The notes below the pieces were generated by a model. The model saw only the letters and a list, made by a program, of their open reading frames with translations, was not told the DNA's origin and made no database searches. Positions 43,384 through 53,342 of a stretch of 64,000 nt of DNA are shown one piece after another. The translations under genes and the position numbers were made by a program. The DNA is taken from positions 1,184,001-1,248,000 of the forward strand of contig CAVZYA010000001.1 in NCBI GenBank assembly GCA_963779415.1, in the 5' to 3' direction. Source of the DNA: an uncultured Acidobacteriota bacterium. Its GTDB lineage: Bacteria; Acidobacteriota; Thermoanaerobaculia; UBA5066. Position 1 is the first letter of the stretch. The number at the start of each line of letters is the position of its first letter.

Positions 43384-44103
43384 TTACGGGGCCGTGAAGC
43401 CGAACCGGCGCCAGGTCTCCCGGGTCTCCGGAGCCGAGAGAACGTCGAGGGCGCGCCCGGCGGCCTGCTTCCGGGTCGAAGCCGAGACGATCGCGGCTGT
43501 CTGGCGAAGCGGCTCGTGAAGCGTCGGATCGACCGGGCAGGACGACAGCCGCGGATCGGCGGCGAGAGAGGACGGAATGATCGCCACCTCCGCCTCCCCC
43601 GAAAGGACCCGGGCAATCGCCTCGTCCGACGACGGCACCGGAAGGAGCTTCTCCTTCAACTGGTTCAGGATCATCGCCGCCGCGAGGAACTCCTCGATCG
43701 AGGCCCCCTCCGGAGCGACTTTCTTCGAGACGACCGCGACGTGGCGGATCGGAAGCTTCACGAAGGCGAGGGCCGTGGCGCCGTCGAGCCGTCGCGGCAG
43801 GTCGAACGAGGCCCCGCGAGCCGCGACGACGGCGAGGCTCTCGGTCGCACAGCGCGTCACGGTTGCTTCCACGACGAGGCCGTCCCCCGCGAGCTTCTGG
43901 ACCGTCTTCCAATCCGAGGCGACGAAAAGGTCCACTTCCGGCGTCTTCCGGAGGGAGGACGCGAGGCTTCCCGTCTCGCCGTAGCGAATTTCGACCGAGC
44001 CGCCGGCGGCCTTCTCGAGATCGGGGCGGAGCGCGTCAAGAACCGGGCGCGACGACGTCGCGGCCGCGATGACGAGGGCGGAGGCAAGCAACAAGGACGC
44101 CAT
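43384..44103 (-). CDS. modA: ModA-like molybdate/anion-binding protein (divergent)
   Basis: 'YGETGSL...DLFVAS', 'APEG', 'V.SGEAEVAII..S', 'HEPLRQ', 'WRRFGF'. Confidence 0.7.
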   Translation of the reverse strand: MASLLLASALVIAAATSSRPVLDALRPDLEKAAGGSVEIRYGETGSLASSLRKTPEVDLFVASDWKTVQKLAGDGLVVEATVTRCATESLAVVAARGASFDLPRRLDGATALAFVKLPIRHVAVVSKKVAPEGASIEEFLAAAMILNQLKEKLLPVPSSDEAIARVLSGEAEVAIIPSSLAADPRLSSCPVDPTLHEPLRQTAAIVSASTRKQAAGRALDVLSAPETRETWRRFGFTAP

Positions 44104-44115
44104 GGCGAGCCGAAT

Positions 44116-46122
44116 CTACTCCCGCTGCGCCCGAGGCGCCCGGTTCTCCCCCGTGACGTCGCGAAGCGTCGCGGGCCACTCCGCAGGCGGGATCTCGAGG
44201 AGCTTCCGGACCGCCGGCCTCTCCTCGATCTCGAGGGACGCCCCGACGAGAGAGCGGGCCGAGACGGCATCGCCGCCGTCTCGCGCCGAGAGCGCCAGGA
44301 CCAGCGGAAACCGGCTGTCGAAAGGCCGGCGCGCACTCACCCGTTCCACGAAATCCGCGAGAGCCTCGTGGCGTCCGGCGATCCGGTAGCTCTCCGCGAG
44401 GACCACAGCCGTCTGCGGACTTTGCAGGTGCCGCCAGAGCCGTTCCGCGAAGTCGACGGCCCGGTCGGCGCGCCGCATGTCCTGCGCGCGGAGGGCCTGG
44501 TCGAGGATCCCTTCGATCCAGGCCGCGCCCCAGGCGGCGTCGGATTTTCTCCGGAAGAAGGACATACCCAGATGGGGCCAGGCGAACGGACGGGTGAAGT
44601 GAGCGATCTGGTCCGCGGACAGGCCGTTCTCGAGCGGGGTCTCGGCGCGCAGCTCGGGCCTGTCCGAAGGCCACGGCGGCGTCCGAAGACGGGCGAGGAC
44701 GTCGCCCCCGCGAAGGCGGGAGAGGAGAAGCCACGGCGCGACCCGGAGCGGCGAAAGGGCGGGGACCTCGGCCACCCAGAACTGGTTGTCTAGGTGCCCG
44801 CCTCCCGTTGCGGGATCGCGGTCGTAGGCGAAGGAGGGGTAACGCGCGGCATCCGCGGGGGAGAGGACCCGGCGTGGCAGGATCGAGAAGTACTTCATCG
44901 TGTCGACGTCCGGCTGAAGGACGCCGATCAGGTTCACGGCGACCGAGAGCCCGAGGAACAAACGGAAGACGAGCGGGGGAAAGCGCCCGGCGCCGAAGGC
45001 GGCGAGCACCGCGAGGAGCGGAACGAGCGGCAGCAGGAGCCGCGGCCCCCAGCCGAACGTTCCGTCCCAGGCCCACCACGCCGCGGACGAAACGAGAATC
45101 GCCCCGAAAAAGGCCGCGACGGACATCGCCGCGATCCGGCTCTTCCGGATCAGGAGCGGAAAGCCGACGAGGGAGAGGGCGGCAAGCGGGTAGTAGAGGA
45201 AGAGCCCCTTGTTCGGCCCGATCGTCAGGCGCCAGAGGCCGTCGAGCGGCGGATGGCTGAACCGGTTTCCCGCGTACGACGCGAAGGGCCGCCCGAACCG
45301 GAGGACCTCGAACGCGAGCCAGAGCGCGGCGAACGGGAGCCAGCCGGCGACGGCCGCGCCGCCACGGGCGAGCCGCCCGGCCGGGGGGCCGCCGACCACG
45401 ACGAGCGCGACGACGATTGGAAGCGCGAGGATGAAGACGGGCTTCGAGAGAACCGCAAAGCCGGCGGCTCCTCCGGCCGCGGCGGCGAGAGCGAGCGACC
45501 GCCGTTGCGGGATGCCCGGTGCCGCAGCCGAAGCGGCCGAAGCGAAGAGCGCGGCGACGAGCGCCGCCTGAAGGGGCTCGGAGAAGTCCGACCCGGCGTA
45601 CGCGAGAAGCGGCGAGCCGACGACCGCCGCGAGCGCGGATCGGGAGACGGCCCGGCCGTCGCCCCCCCAGGCGCGAGCGAGTGCGCCGGCTCCGGCCGCT
45701 GCCGCGAGGAGAAAAAGGATCTGGTGGAGGATGTAGAGCGTCTGCGACGTGGCCGGCTTGATCTCGCGCTCGAAGAACCCGGCAAAGAGGGTCGGGACCG
45801 TCAACGTCAGGGAGGGCCCGATCCCGTACCGCGTCACGGCGTCGCCGCCCGGTCGGTCATGAACGAACGCCTGTCCGCGCGCGATCCCGATCTCGCCGAG
45901 GGTCACCATCGAGACCGCCGTCCGGACCATGATCCGGCCGTCCGGGACGAGGCCGAAGTAGCGTTCGTCTGCCGTCAGGACGAGAACGAGCGCCGTGACG
46001 AGAAGGGCGGCCCGGAGAGGCCGCCCCGGGACTGGCGCCGCGGGTGATCCGGCCGACGGCGAGATCGGCAGCCTCCCGGCAGCGGCCCGATCCGCCCGGA
46101 GCTTCGACCGGCGCCGGCTCAA
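44116..46122 (-). CDS. GT-C-like polytopic membrane protein with helical (TPR-like) C-terminus
   Basis: ADERYFGLVPDG, SDFSEP, NKGLFLYYP, WWAWDG..GWGPRLL; TTG start overlaps the paralog's stop. Confidence 0.65.
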   Translation of the reverse strand: MSRRRSKLRADRAAAGRLPISPSAGSPAAPVPGRPLRAALLVTALVLVLTADERYFGLVPDGRIMVRTAVSMVTLGEIGIARGQAFVHDRPGGDAVTRYGIGPSLTLTVPTLFAGFFEREIKPATSQTLYILHQILFLLAAAAGAGALARAWGGDGRAVSRSALAAVVGSPLLAYAGSDFSEPLQAALVAALFASAASAAAPGIPQRRSLALAAAAGGAAGFAVLSKPVFILALPIVVALVVVGGPPAGRLARGGAAVAGWLPFAALWLAFEVLRFGRPFASYAGNRFSHPPLDGLWRLTIGPNKGLFLYYPLAALSLVGFPLLIRKSRIAAMSVAAFFGAILVSSAAWWAWDGTFGWGPRLLLPLVPLLAVLAAFGAGRFPPLVFRLFLGLSVAVNLIGVLQPDVDTMKYFSILPRRVLSPADAARYPSFAYDRDPATGGGHLDNQFWVAEVPALSPLRVAPWLLLSRLRGGDVLARLRTPPWPSDRPELRAETPLENGLSADQIAHFTRPFAWPHLGMSFFRRKSDAAWGAAWIEGILDQALRAQDMRRADRAVDFAERLWRHLQSPQTAVVLAESYRIAGRHEALADFVERVSARRPFDSRFPLVLALSARDGGDAVSARSLVGASLEIEERPAVRKLLEIPPAEWPATLRDVTGENRAPRAQRE

Positions 46123-48062
46123 GGAATCTCCTTCGGGAGCAGGCCCGTTCCGTCGCCGAGAAGGACATCGCGGAGCGTTGCCGGCCACTCCTTCACGGGG
46201 AGATCCAGGAGCCGTCGGTACTCGGCGCGCGGGGCCACGCGCAGGACGGCGGCGAGGTTCGTGCGTGCCTTCTCTTCGTCCCCCATGTCCCGGGCGAGAA
46301 GCGCGAGGATGATCCCGAACTCCGGCGCCCTCTTCATCTCCCGCGGGAGCGACACGAGGAACTCGCCGAGCTGCGTCCTTCGGTTCGCCAGCCGGTACGC
46401 CTCCGCGAGCGTCTGGGCCGACTGCGGGCCCGGAACCATCCGGTAGAGCTTTTCGGCGAAGGTGACGGCCCGCTCGCCGTTCTTCATGTCCTGCGCGCGA
46501 AGCGCCTGGTCGAAGACGCAGTCGACGTAGGAAAGGACCGTATCGGGCGGACCGCCCTGTCTCATCATCGACATTCCGAGATGCGGCCACCGGTACGGCG
46601 ACGAGAGAAGGACGAGGCCGCTCGCGGGGACGGCGCGTTCGAGCGGCGTCGCGATCTCCTGCCCGGGCACGTCCGTCCTCCAGGGCGGCGTGAGCGCTCC
46701 GCCGGGAAGATCACCCCCGAGGAGACGTTTCCGGAGGAGGGCGGCGTGAAGCCGGATCGGCGAAAGGGCCGCCTTCCGGGCCACCTCGTAGAGCGCGAGA
46801 AGCTCGGTCGCACCGGTCGCGGGATTCGTCACGCAGGCGTAATCCGGCCATCGAGGTTTCTCTTCCGCGGAAAGAGGCCGATTTGGAAGGGTGAAATAGT
46901 AGAAGTAGGTCAGCCCGTCCGGCTGGAGCGCGCCCAGGAGGTTCACGCCGACTCCCGCGGCGAAGAGAGCGCCGGCCGCGATCTTCGGGAGAGCCGACGC
47001 CCCGAGGACGGCAAGCGCCGCGAGAAGGGGAACGAGCGGAACGAGGAGGCGGGGCCCCCACCCGGCCGCGCCGTCCCACGACCACCAGGCCGCCGTGGAA
47101 ACGATCAGAAAGCCGATGAACCCGGCCACGACCAGCGCTCCCTTCCGGTCTCGCGCGAAGAGCTTCCGGAGGCCCGGAATCGCGAGGAGGGCGAACGGAA
47201 AGTAGAGGAAGAGCCCCTTGTTCGCGCCGACCGTCAGCCGCCAGAGGCCGTCGAGCACCGGATGGTTGAAGTGCTCCCCTTCGTACGAGCCGAACGGGCG
47301 CCCGAAGCGGGCGATCTCGAAAGCGAGCCAGAGCGCCGCGAACGGTGCTGCGCCCGCCGCGGCCGCGAGCGCCCGCCGGAGCCGCGACCCGGAAGGAGCG
47401 CCCCAGGCCACGAGGACGAGCGTGGCCGGGACCAGGACGATGAAGATCGACTTCGAGAGGAGCGCCCCCCCCGCGAGCGCCCCCGCGGCGCCGGCCAGAA
47501 CGAGGGAGCGCCGCGCGGAAAGCCGGGGATCGCGGGAACGGATACCGGCCGCGAAAAGGGCCCCGACGAGAGCGGCCTGAAGCGGCTCGGAAAAGTCGGA
47601 GCCGACGTACCCCCAGAGGGGCGACGCGATCGCGCACGCGAGGATCGCCCACGCCGCCTCCGCCTCGCCGCCGCCCCATCCCCTCGCGAGCGCGCCGGCC
47701 GCCGCCGCGGCCCCGAGGATCAGGAGGATGTTCATCAGGACGAAGAGCGTCTGCGACGAGCCGACCCCGAACGCGCGCTCCCACGGCCCGGCAACCGAGA
47801 CGGGGAGAACACGGACCAGCGTCGGGCCGATTCCGTAGCGGGTGACGGCGTCCCCGGCGGGGCGCGGGATGTTCACGCGATGCCCTCGCGCCGTCCCGAT
47901 CTCTCCGAGGGAGAAGAGGGAGTAGGCCGTGCGCGTCATGATCTGGCCGTCGGTCACGAGCCCGAAGACGCGCTCGTCGGCCGTGAAGGCGAGGAGAAGC
48001 GCCGAAAGGAGAAACGCGACGCGAGGGCGCGCGAGGCGCCCGCCGGATCCGGCGTCAGACAT
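46119..48062 (-). CDS. GT-C-like polytopic membrane protein, paralog of the downstream gene
   Basis: ADERVFGLVTDG, SDFSEP, NKGLFLYFP, WWSWDG..GWGPRLL, DQALRAQDM shared with its neighbour. Confidence 0.65.
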   Translation of the reverse strand: MSDAGSGGRLARPRVAFLLSALLLAFTADERVFGLVTDGQIMTRTAYSLFSLGEIGTARGHRVNIPRPAGDAVTRYGIGPTLVRVLPVSVAGPWERAFGVGSSQTLFVLMNILLILGAAAAAGALARGWGGGEAEAAWAILACAIASPLWGYVGSDFSEPLQAALVGALFAAGIRSRDPRLSARRSLVLAGAAGALAGGALLSKSIFIVLVPATLVLVAWGAPSGSRLRRALAAAAGAAPFAALWLAFEIARFGRPFGSYEGEHFNHPVLDGLWRLTVGANKGLFLYFPFALLAIPGLRKLFARDRKGALVVAGFIGFLIVSTAAWWSWDGAAGWGPRLLVPLVPLLAALAVLGASALPKIAAGALFAAGVGVNLLGALQPDGLTYFYYFTLPNRPLSAEEKPRWPDYACVTNPATGATELLALYEVARKAALSPIRLHAALLRKRLLGGDLPGGALTPPWRTDVPGQEIATPLERAVPASGLVLLSSPYRWPHLGMSMMRQGGPPDTVLSYVDCVFDQALRAQDMKNGERAVTFAEKLYRMVPGPQSAQTLAEAYRLANRRTQLGEFLVSLPREMKRAPEFGIILALLARDMGDEEKARTNLAAVLRVAPRAEYRRLLDLPVKEWPATLRDVLLGDGTGLLPKEIP

Positions 48063-50046
48063 TGACCTGGATCGGGAGAATGACGGTCTGAAGCCCCTCG
48101 AACTGCAGGCGCCGCTGCACCGCGAACGGCGTCTGGTTGTGGAGAGCGCGGTTCACGAGGTTCTCGTTCGGGAAGAGGAGCTTCGACGTGAAGAAAATCG
48201 GCCGGTCGTACCGCTCCTTCGTCTCGTGGCAAAGGGCGACGATCTCGTCGAGAAGGTCCGTTCCGATCCGGAGATGGTGCTCCGCGTGCATCCCGAGGCC
48301 CCGGGCGAACTCGACGTACCTGTTCAGATCGCGCTCGGTCTCGCGCTTCAGGTTCTCGATCTCGTCCACCCCCTTGAAGTTCGCCGAGTCGACGACGCCG
48401 ACCGAGAGAAAGACGGCGTTCTTGAAGTAGCGCGGGAAGTATTTCTGCACCTGCAGAAGCGAGTGGATGCCGAGGCCGTTGAACCCCGAGACGAGGAAGA
48501 CCGCCGTCGGGGTGTTCCGGCTCACGGGCTCGACTTTCTGGACCGTCCCGGAGACGTCGGCGGGACGGTAGCGCGGCAGCGTGGTCAGGACGTCGTCCGC
48601 CCGCTTCATGAGGAGGCCGACGGAGCGGTAGTGGCGGCGGATGAAGATGCAGAGGACGACGACCGAGCCCGTGATCGCCACGGTCACCCAGCCTCCCTGC
48701 AGGAACTTCATGACGACGGTGACGGCGAGGATCATGCTGGTCAGGAGCAGGCCGAACCCATTGATGGCGAATCGGCGGCCCCACGTCGGCTCCTGCTTCC
48801 TCACCTGCCACCAGTGGACGCACATGCCGAGCTGCGACAGCGTGAAGGTCAAAAAGACGTTGATGGAGTACATCACGACGAGAAGGTCGACGCGCCCTCC
48901 CGTGTAGACGAGCATCGCGATCGCCGAGAGCCCCATCAGAAGGACGCCGTTCTGGGTCACGAGCCGCTCCGACAGGAGGCTGAAACGGTGCGGCACCCAC
49001 GAGTCGATCGCCATGTTCGACAGGACGCGCGGCCCGTCAAGGAAGCCGGCCTGTGCCGCGACGAAGAGAAGGGAGCCCTCGGCGATGAGGGAAAGGAGGA
49101 CGATCGTGATCGCCGTCGCCGACCCGGCGCCGAAGGCCTCGGCGGCGAGCTTCTTGAAGAGAATCGCGTTCAGCGTCTGACCTTCCGCGCGGCCGACGCC
49201 CGAAAGGAGATAGCAGAGGATGAGGCCGCCCGCCACGATGGAGAGCGAAACGGCCATGTACGTCATCGTCTTCTTGCCGGTATGGGCGCGCGGCTCGCGA
49301 AGGATCGGAAGGCCGTTCGAGACGGCCTCGATTCCCGTGTAGGTTCCGCCTCCCATCGAGAAGGCCTTGAGCAGGAGGGCGATCGTCCCCCAGAGACCGA
49401 GCTCGCGGACCGAGCCGTGCCATTCCCGTGAGGTCTCCGACACCAGCGCCGGAAACGACGTGAGGTGCCGGCCGAGCCCGAAGGCGATGAGCGCCGCGTG
49501 CGTCACGAGAAAGAGGATGAAGATCGGCAGGAGGACCTGCACCGACTCGCGGACGCCCCGGAGGTTCAGGACGATGAGGACGACGCAGGCGAGGATCGCG
49601 AAGAGAAGCTGGGTTCCCTGCGCGACCCCGGCCGTCAGGGAACAGAGGGCCGCCACGCCGGCCGAGATGGAGATGGCGATGGTCAGGACGTAGTCCACGA
49701 CGAGAGCCGTTCCCGACGCGAGCCCCGCCCCGGATCCGAGAAGCCTCGTGGCGACGAGGTAGCCGCCGCCGCCCGAGGGGAAGAGCTCGATGATCTGGGA
49801 GTACGAGGCCGAGATCAGGATGACGGTGCCCGCGGTGGCGAGGGCGAGGAAGATGGCGAGGTGATGATGGGCGCCCAGCGCGACGAACGCTTCTTCGGGG
49901 CCGTAGGCCGACGAAGAGAGACCGTCGGCGCCGAGCCCCACCCAGGCGAGGAATGCGATGAGCGAGACCTTGTGGAAGACGGCCGGGTCAAGGGGATCGC
50001 GGCTCTTCCCGAGAAAGACCCGCTTCGTCAGCTCTTTGAAGGGCAC
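48055..50046 (-). CDS. APC-superfamily transporter, KimA/YdaO-like (probable K+ transporter)
   Basis: ADGLSSSAYGPEE, FPSGGGGY, VDYVLT, NLRGVRES, TGIEAVSNG, C-terminal LHNQT. Confidence 0.8.
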   Translation of the reverse strand: MPFKELTKRVFLGKSRDPLDPAVFHKVSLIAFLAWVGLGADGLSSSAYGPEEAFVALGAHHHLAIFLALATAGTVILISASYSQIIELFPSGGGGYLVATRLLGSGAGLASGTALVVDYVLTIAISISAGVAALCSLTAGVAQGTQLLFAILACVVLIVLNLRGVRESVQVLLPIFILFLVTHAALIAFGLGRHLTSFPALVSETSREWHGSVRELGLWGTIALLLKAFSMGGGTYTGIEAVSNGLPILREPRAHTGKKTMTYMAVSLSIVAGGLILCYLLSGVGRAEGQTLNAILFKKLAAEAFGAGSATAITIVLLSLIAEGSLLFVAAQAGFLDGPRVLSNMAIDSWVPHRFSLLSERLVTQNGVLLMGLSAIAMLVYTGGRVDLLVVMYSINVFLTFTLSQLGMCVHWWQVRKQEPTWGRRFAINGFGLLLTSMILAVTVVMKFLQGGWVTVAITGSVVVLCIFIRRHYRSVGLLMKRADDVLTTLPRYRPADVSGTVQKVEPVSRNTPTAVFLVSGFNGLGIHSLLQVQKYFPRYFKNAVFLSVGVVDSANFKGVDEIENLKRETERDLNRYVEFARGLGMHAEHHLRIGTDLLDEIVALCHETKERYDRPIFFTSKLLFPNENLVNRALHNQTPFAVQRRLQFEGLQTVILPIQVNV

Positions 50047-50057
50047 GGCGGTGGGCG

Positions 50058-50096
50058 AGTATACGCGTCGCGCCGCACCCGGATCGGGGCTACAAT
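50058..50096. promoter_or_regulatory. Divergent -10 boxes (transporter and helicase)
   Basis: TATACT (minus, 50058-63) lies 11 nt before GTG 50046; TACAAT (50091-96) lies 8 nt before ATG 50105. Confidence 0.55.
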
Positions 50097-50104
50097 GACG
50101 ACGA

Positions 50105-51646
50105 ATGGGTCCTGCCCCAAGGGTGTTCGGGGACCACCTCTCGGACCTCTACTTCTCCGACCTTCCGCTTCCGCATTCCGTCCGCGCCGGCATCGCGGCC
50201 TGCGGCTTTGTTCGTGCGACGCCCGTTCAGGCCGCAACTCTCCCCCTGCTCCTCTCGGGCCGCGACGTGGCGGCACAGGCGCAGACGGGGACGGGCAAGA
50301 CGGCGGCTTTCCTGATCTCGATCTTCTCGCGGCTCGCGTCGGACCCGCGCCCGGCCCACTCCGGCGATCCGCCGCTCGCTCTCGTCATCGCCCCGACGCG
50401 CGAGCTCGCCGTCCAGATCCACGACGACGCCGTCGCGCTCGGCCACTTCCTGAAGCCCCGGATCGTGACGGTCTTCGGCGGGATCGACTACGTGAGGCAA
50501 CGGGACCAGCTCCGCGCCGGCTGCGATCTTCTCGTCGGGACTCCGGGACGCCTCCTGGACTACGAGCAGCAGGGGGCCGTCTCCTTCGGCCGGATCGAGT
50601 CCCTCGTCATCGACGAGGCGGACCGTCTTTTCGACATGGGATTCATCCCGGACCTTCGACGGATTCTCCGCAATTGTCCGCCCCCCCGGAGGCGGCACAC
50701 GATGCTCTTTTCCGCCACGCTCTCCGTCCGCGTCCGCGAGCTGGCGTGGGAACACCTGAACGATGCCGAGGCGATCGAGATCCGGCCCCAGCAGCTCACG
50801 GCGGACGGCGTCACACAGGTCCTCTACCACGTCGGGGCCCGGGAAAAGCTCTCGCTTCTCGCCGGCCTCCTTCGCCGTGAGGGGGCCGGGCGAACGATGC
50901 TCTTCGTCAACACGAAGCGCTATGCCGAGCGCGTCGTCGCGACCCTGGAGCGCCACGGCCTCCGCGTGGCGGCGTTGACGGGCGACCTCCCGCAGGCACG
51001 ACGCCTGAAGATCCTCTCCGACTTCAAGACCGGGAAGCTCCCCTTCCTCGTGGCCACCGACGTGGCCTCCCGCGGGCTGCACATCGAAGGGGTCACGCAC
51101 GTCGTCAACGTCGACCTGCCGCAGGACCCGGAGGACTATATCCACCGGATCGGCCGCACCGCCCGCGCCGGGGCCGCCGGCAAGGCGATCTCCCTTGCCG
51201 ACGAGAACTACGTCTTCTCCCTCGGCGCCATCGAGAAGCTCCTCGGGACGAAGATCCCCACCCTCTACGCCGACGACGCGCTCTTCGTCCGGGAGAGGCC
51301 GGCGCGCGCCGGAGACGGGCTTCAGTCCGGAAGTCCGCGGCACCTCGGCCCTGCGGACGAGGAAGACGAGCCGCCGGCTCCTCCCCTGCGTGTCGTTCCG
51401 CCGCCTCCCGTCGCGGTCAGCGTACAGGCGGCGCCGGCGTCAATCGCCTCAGCCGCTTCCCAGCCCGAGCCCCCTGCGGAAGCCGACGAGCCCGACTTCT
51501 GGACACGCGAGGCGTTCGGACTCGAACCGCCGGAAGGGGGCTTCTCTCCCGTCGCGGCCTTCGTCCCGGGCGGAAAGAAGCGCCGCCGGCGCCGGAAGCG
51601 CCCGGCAGGCACGCCGGGACCTGCGGGCTCCGGCGCCGCTTCCTAG
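50105..51646 (+). CDS. DEAD-box RNA helicase, RhlB-like, with disordered C-terminal tail
   Basis: AQTGTGKT, PTRELA, GTPGR, DEADR, SAT, TGDLPQ, SRGLHI, HRIGRT. Confidence 0.92.
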   Translation: MGPAPRVFGDHLSDLYFSDLPLPHSVRAGIAACGFVRATPVQAATLPLLLSGRDVAAQAQTGTGKTAAFLISIFSRLASDPRPAHSGDPPLALVIAPTRELAVQIHDDAVALGHFLKPRIVTVFGGIDYVRQRDQLRAGCDLLVGTPGRLLDYEQQGAVSFGRIESLVIDEADRLFDMGFIPDLRRILRNCPPPRRRHTMLFSATLSVRVRELAWEHLNDAEAIEIRPQQLTADGVTQVLYHVGAREKLSLLAGLLRREGAGRTMLFVNTKRYAERVVATLERHGLRVAALTGDLPQARRLKILSDFKTGKLPFLVATDVASRGLHIEGVTHVVNVDLPQDPEDYIHRIGRTARAGAAGKAISLADENYVFSLGAIEKLLGTKIPTLYADDALFVRERPARAGDGLQSGSPRHLGPADEEDEPPAPPLRVVPPPPVAVSVQAAPASIASAASQPEPPAEADEPDFWTREAFGLEPPEGGFSPVAAFVPGGKKRRRRRKRPAGTPGPAGSGAAS

Positions 51647-51659
51647 AGAATCGACGCTC

Positions 51660-51698
51660 GCCGGGGGCTTACCTTTCGGGCGCCCCCGGACCCCCGGC
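51660..51698. terminator. GC-rich hairpin between the convergent helicase and rho genes
   Basis: CCGGGGGC (51661-68) pairs with GCCCCCGG (51682-89); alternative partner CCCCCGGC (51691-98); no U-tract. Confidence 0.5.
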
Positions 51699-51711
51699 TA
51701 CTCGCGATCCG

Positions 51712-53178
51712 TCAGAGAATGGATTTCAAGAACTCGCGGTTGGCCTTGAACCTCGTCAGCTTCGAGAGGAGAAGCTCCATCGCGTCGATCGGCTTGACCG
51801 AGGCGAGCGCGCGCCGGAGCTTGTGAATCTTCGGAAGCTCCTCGGCGTCGTAGAGCTTCTCTTCCTTCCGGGTTCCCGAGGCCGGAATGTTGATGCACGG
51901 GAAGATCCGGCGGTCGAAGAGGCCGCGGTCGAGGATGATTTCGCTGTTCCCGGTCCCCTTGAACTCCTCGAAGATGACGTCGTCCATCCGGCTGCCGGTG
52001 TCGATGAGGCAGGTGGCCACGATGGTGAGCGAGCCGCCGTCCTCGTGATTCCGCGCCCCGCCGAAGAAGCGGCGCGGCTTCTCCATCGTCCGGGCGTCGA
52101 TTCCCCCGGAGAGGATCTTCCCGCTGCCACGCTGCTCGTTGTTGTAGGCGCGGCTCATCCGCGTGATGGAGTCACAGAAGATCACGACGTCCCGCCCGAT
52201 CTCGACGAGGCGCTTGGCCCGCTCGAAGCAGAGCTCGGAGACGGCGATGTGGTGCGCGGCGTTCAGGTCCGTGGGGGAGGCGATCACCTGTCCCTGGATC
52301 GAGCGCTGCATGTCTGTGACCTCCTCGGGGCGCTCGTCGACGAGGAGCATGAAGATGACGACGTCGGGGTCGTTCTTCGCGATGGCGTTCGCCATCGTCT
52401 TCAGGAGAAACGTCTTCCCGGCCTTCGGCGGCGCCACGATCAGGCAGCGCTGACCCCGGCCGATCGGGACGACGAGGTCCAGGACACGTCCGGAGACCTC
52501 GTCGGAAGACGTCTCCATCCGGAGACGCCGGTCCGGGTCGACGGAGATCCCCTTGTGGAACTGGACGTACTTCGACCGGTAATCGGCCGCGGGCATCCCC
52601 TCGACGGAGACGATCCGCTGGACGACGGGGCCCTTCGGGCCACGCGTAACCGCCTCGGCCTCGATCAGGAGCCCTTCCTCGAGGTCCTCGGCTTCGATCA
52701 GGTGCTTCGGGAGGAACGGATCGCCCCGTTCGGCGAACAGCTCCTTCGACGAGACGAGAAGGCCCGAGTGGTCCCCGTGGAGCTTCAGGATCCCCGTGAC
52801 GGCGACGGCGGGCGCCGCCTGCGGATGCGGCTCACGTCGTCCACCTGCCTCGACCGGGGCGATGTCGCCCGTCGGCGCGGCCCCCTCGGCCGGCAACGGC
52901 CCGAACCGATTGCGCCCGCGGCGACGACGCCGACGACGACGACGGCGGAGCGGTTCTCCGCCGGGCACTCCTTCGGCGGGCAACCCCGGATCGGCCGGTC
53001 CCGCCTCCGGCGCAGCCTCGTCGGGCCCGTCGTCGGCGAAATCCACTTCCAACTCTTCAGGTGACTCGGCCACGGCCGGCGCCTCGATCTCGGCGCCCGC
53101 ACGTTCCTTCGGATCCCGTTCGTCCAATTCGTCCTCCGGAACCGGCCATTCCGTGGGCCGGTTTGTCCCTCGGCTCAT
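51712..53178 (-). CDS. rho: Transcription termination factor Rho with acidic/Arg-rich N-terminal extension
   Basis: PIGRGQR..IVAPPKAGKT, DERPEEVTD, DSITR, FFGGARN, FEEFKGTGNSE, SGTRKEE. Confidence 0.96.
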   Translation of the reverse strand: MSRGTNRPTEWPVPEDELDERDPKERAGAEIEAPAVAESPEELEVDFADDGPDEAAPEAGPADPGLPAEGVPGGEPLRRRRRRRRRRGRNRFGPLPAEGAAPTGDIAPVEAGGRREPHPQAAPAVAVTGILKLHGDHSGLLVSSKELFAERGDPFLPKHLIEAEDLEEGLLIEAEAVTRGPKGPVVQRIVSVEGMPAADYRSKYVQFHKGISVDPDRRLRMETSSDEVSGRVLDLVVPIGRGQRCLIVAPPKAGKTFLLKTMANAIAKNDPDVVIFMLLVDERPEEVTDMQRSIQGQVIASPTDLNAAHHIAVSELCFERAKRLVEIGRDVVIFCDSITRMSRAYNNEQRGSGKILSGGIDARTMEKPRRFFGGARNHEDGGSLTIVATCLIDTGSRMDDVIFEEFKGTGNSEIILDRGLFDRRIFPCINIPASGTRKEEKLYDAEELPKIHKLRRALASVKPIDAMELLLSKLTRFKANREFLKSIL

Positions 53179-53342
53179 CCGGGCCCGCCCGGCGGGGCCA
53201 TACGGGTCCCCCGTCCAGGGCGTCTCGAACTCGACCAGAATGTGGAGCGGCGCGACCGCGGCCTCTTCCGGCCGGCGCCGACGAACCGTCCGGTCCGTCA
53301 GCTCGAGCGTCCACCCGCTGCCGGGACGGATCGTAAGGCCAA

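Noticed and set aside
50047-50104. c-di-AMP (ydaO) riboswitch before the KimA-like gene
   Set aside because: The gap is only 58 bp and is occupied by two -10 boxes.
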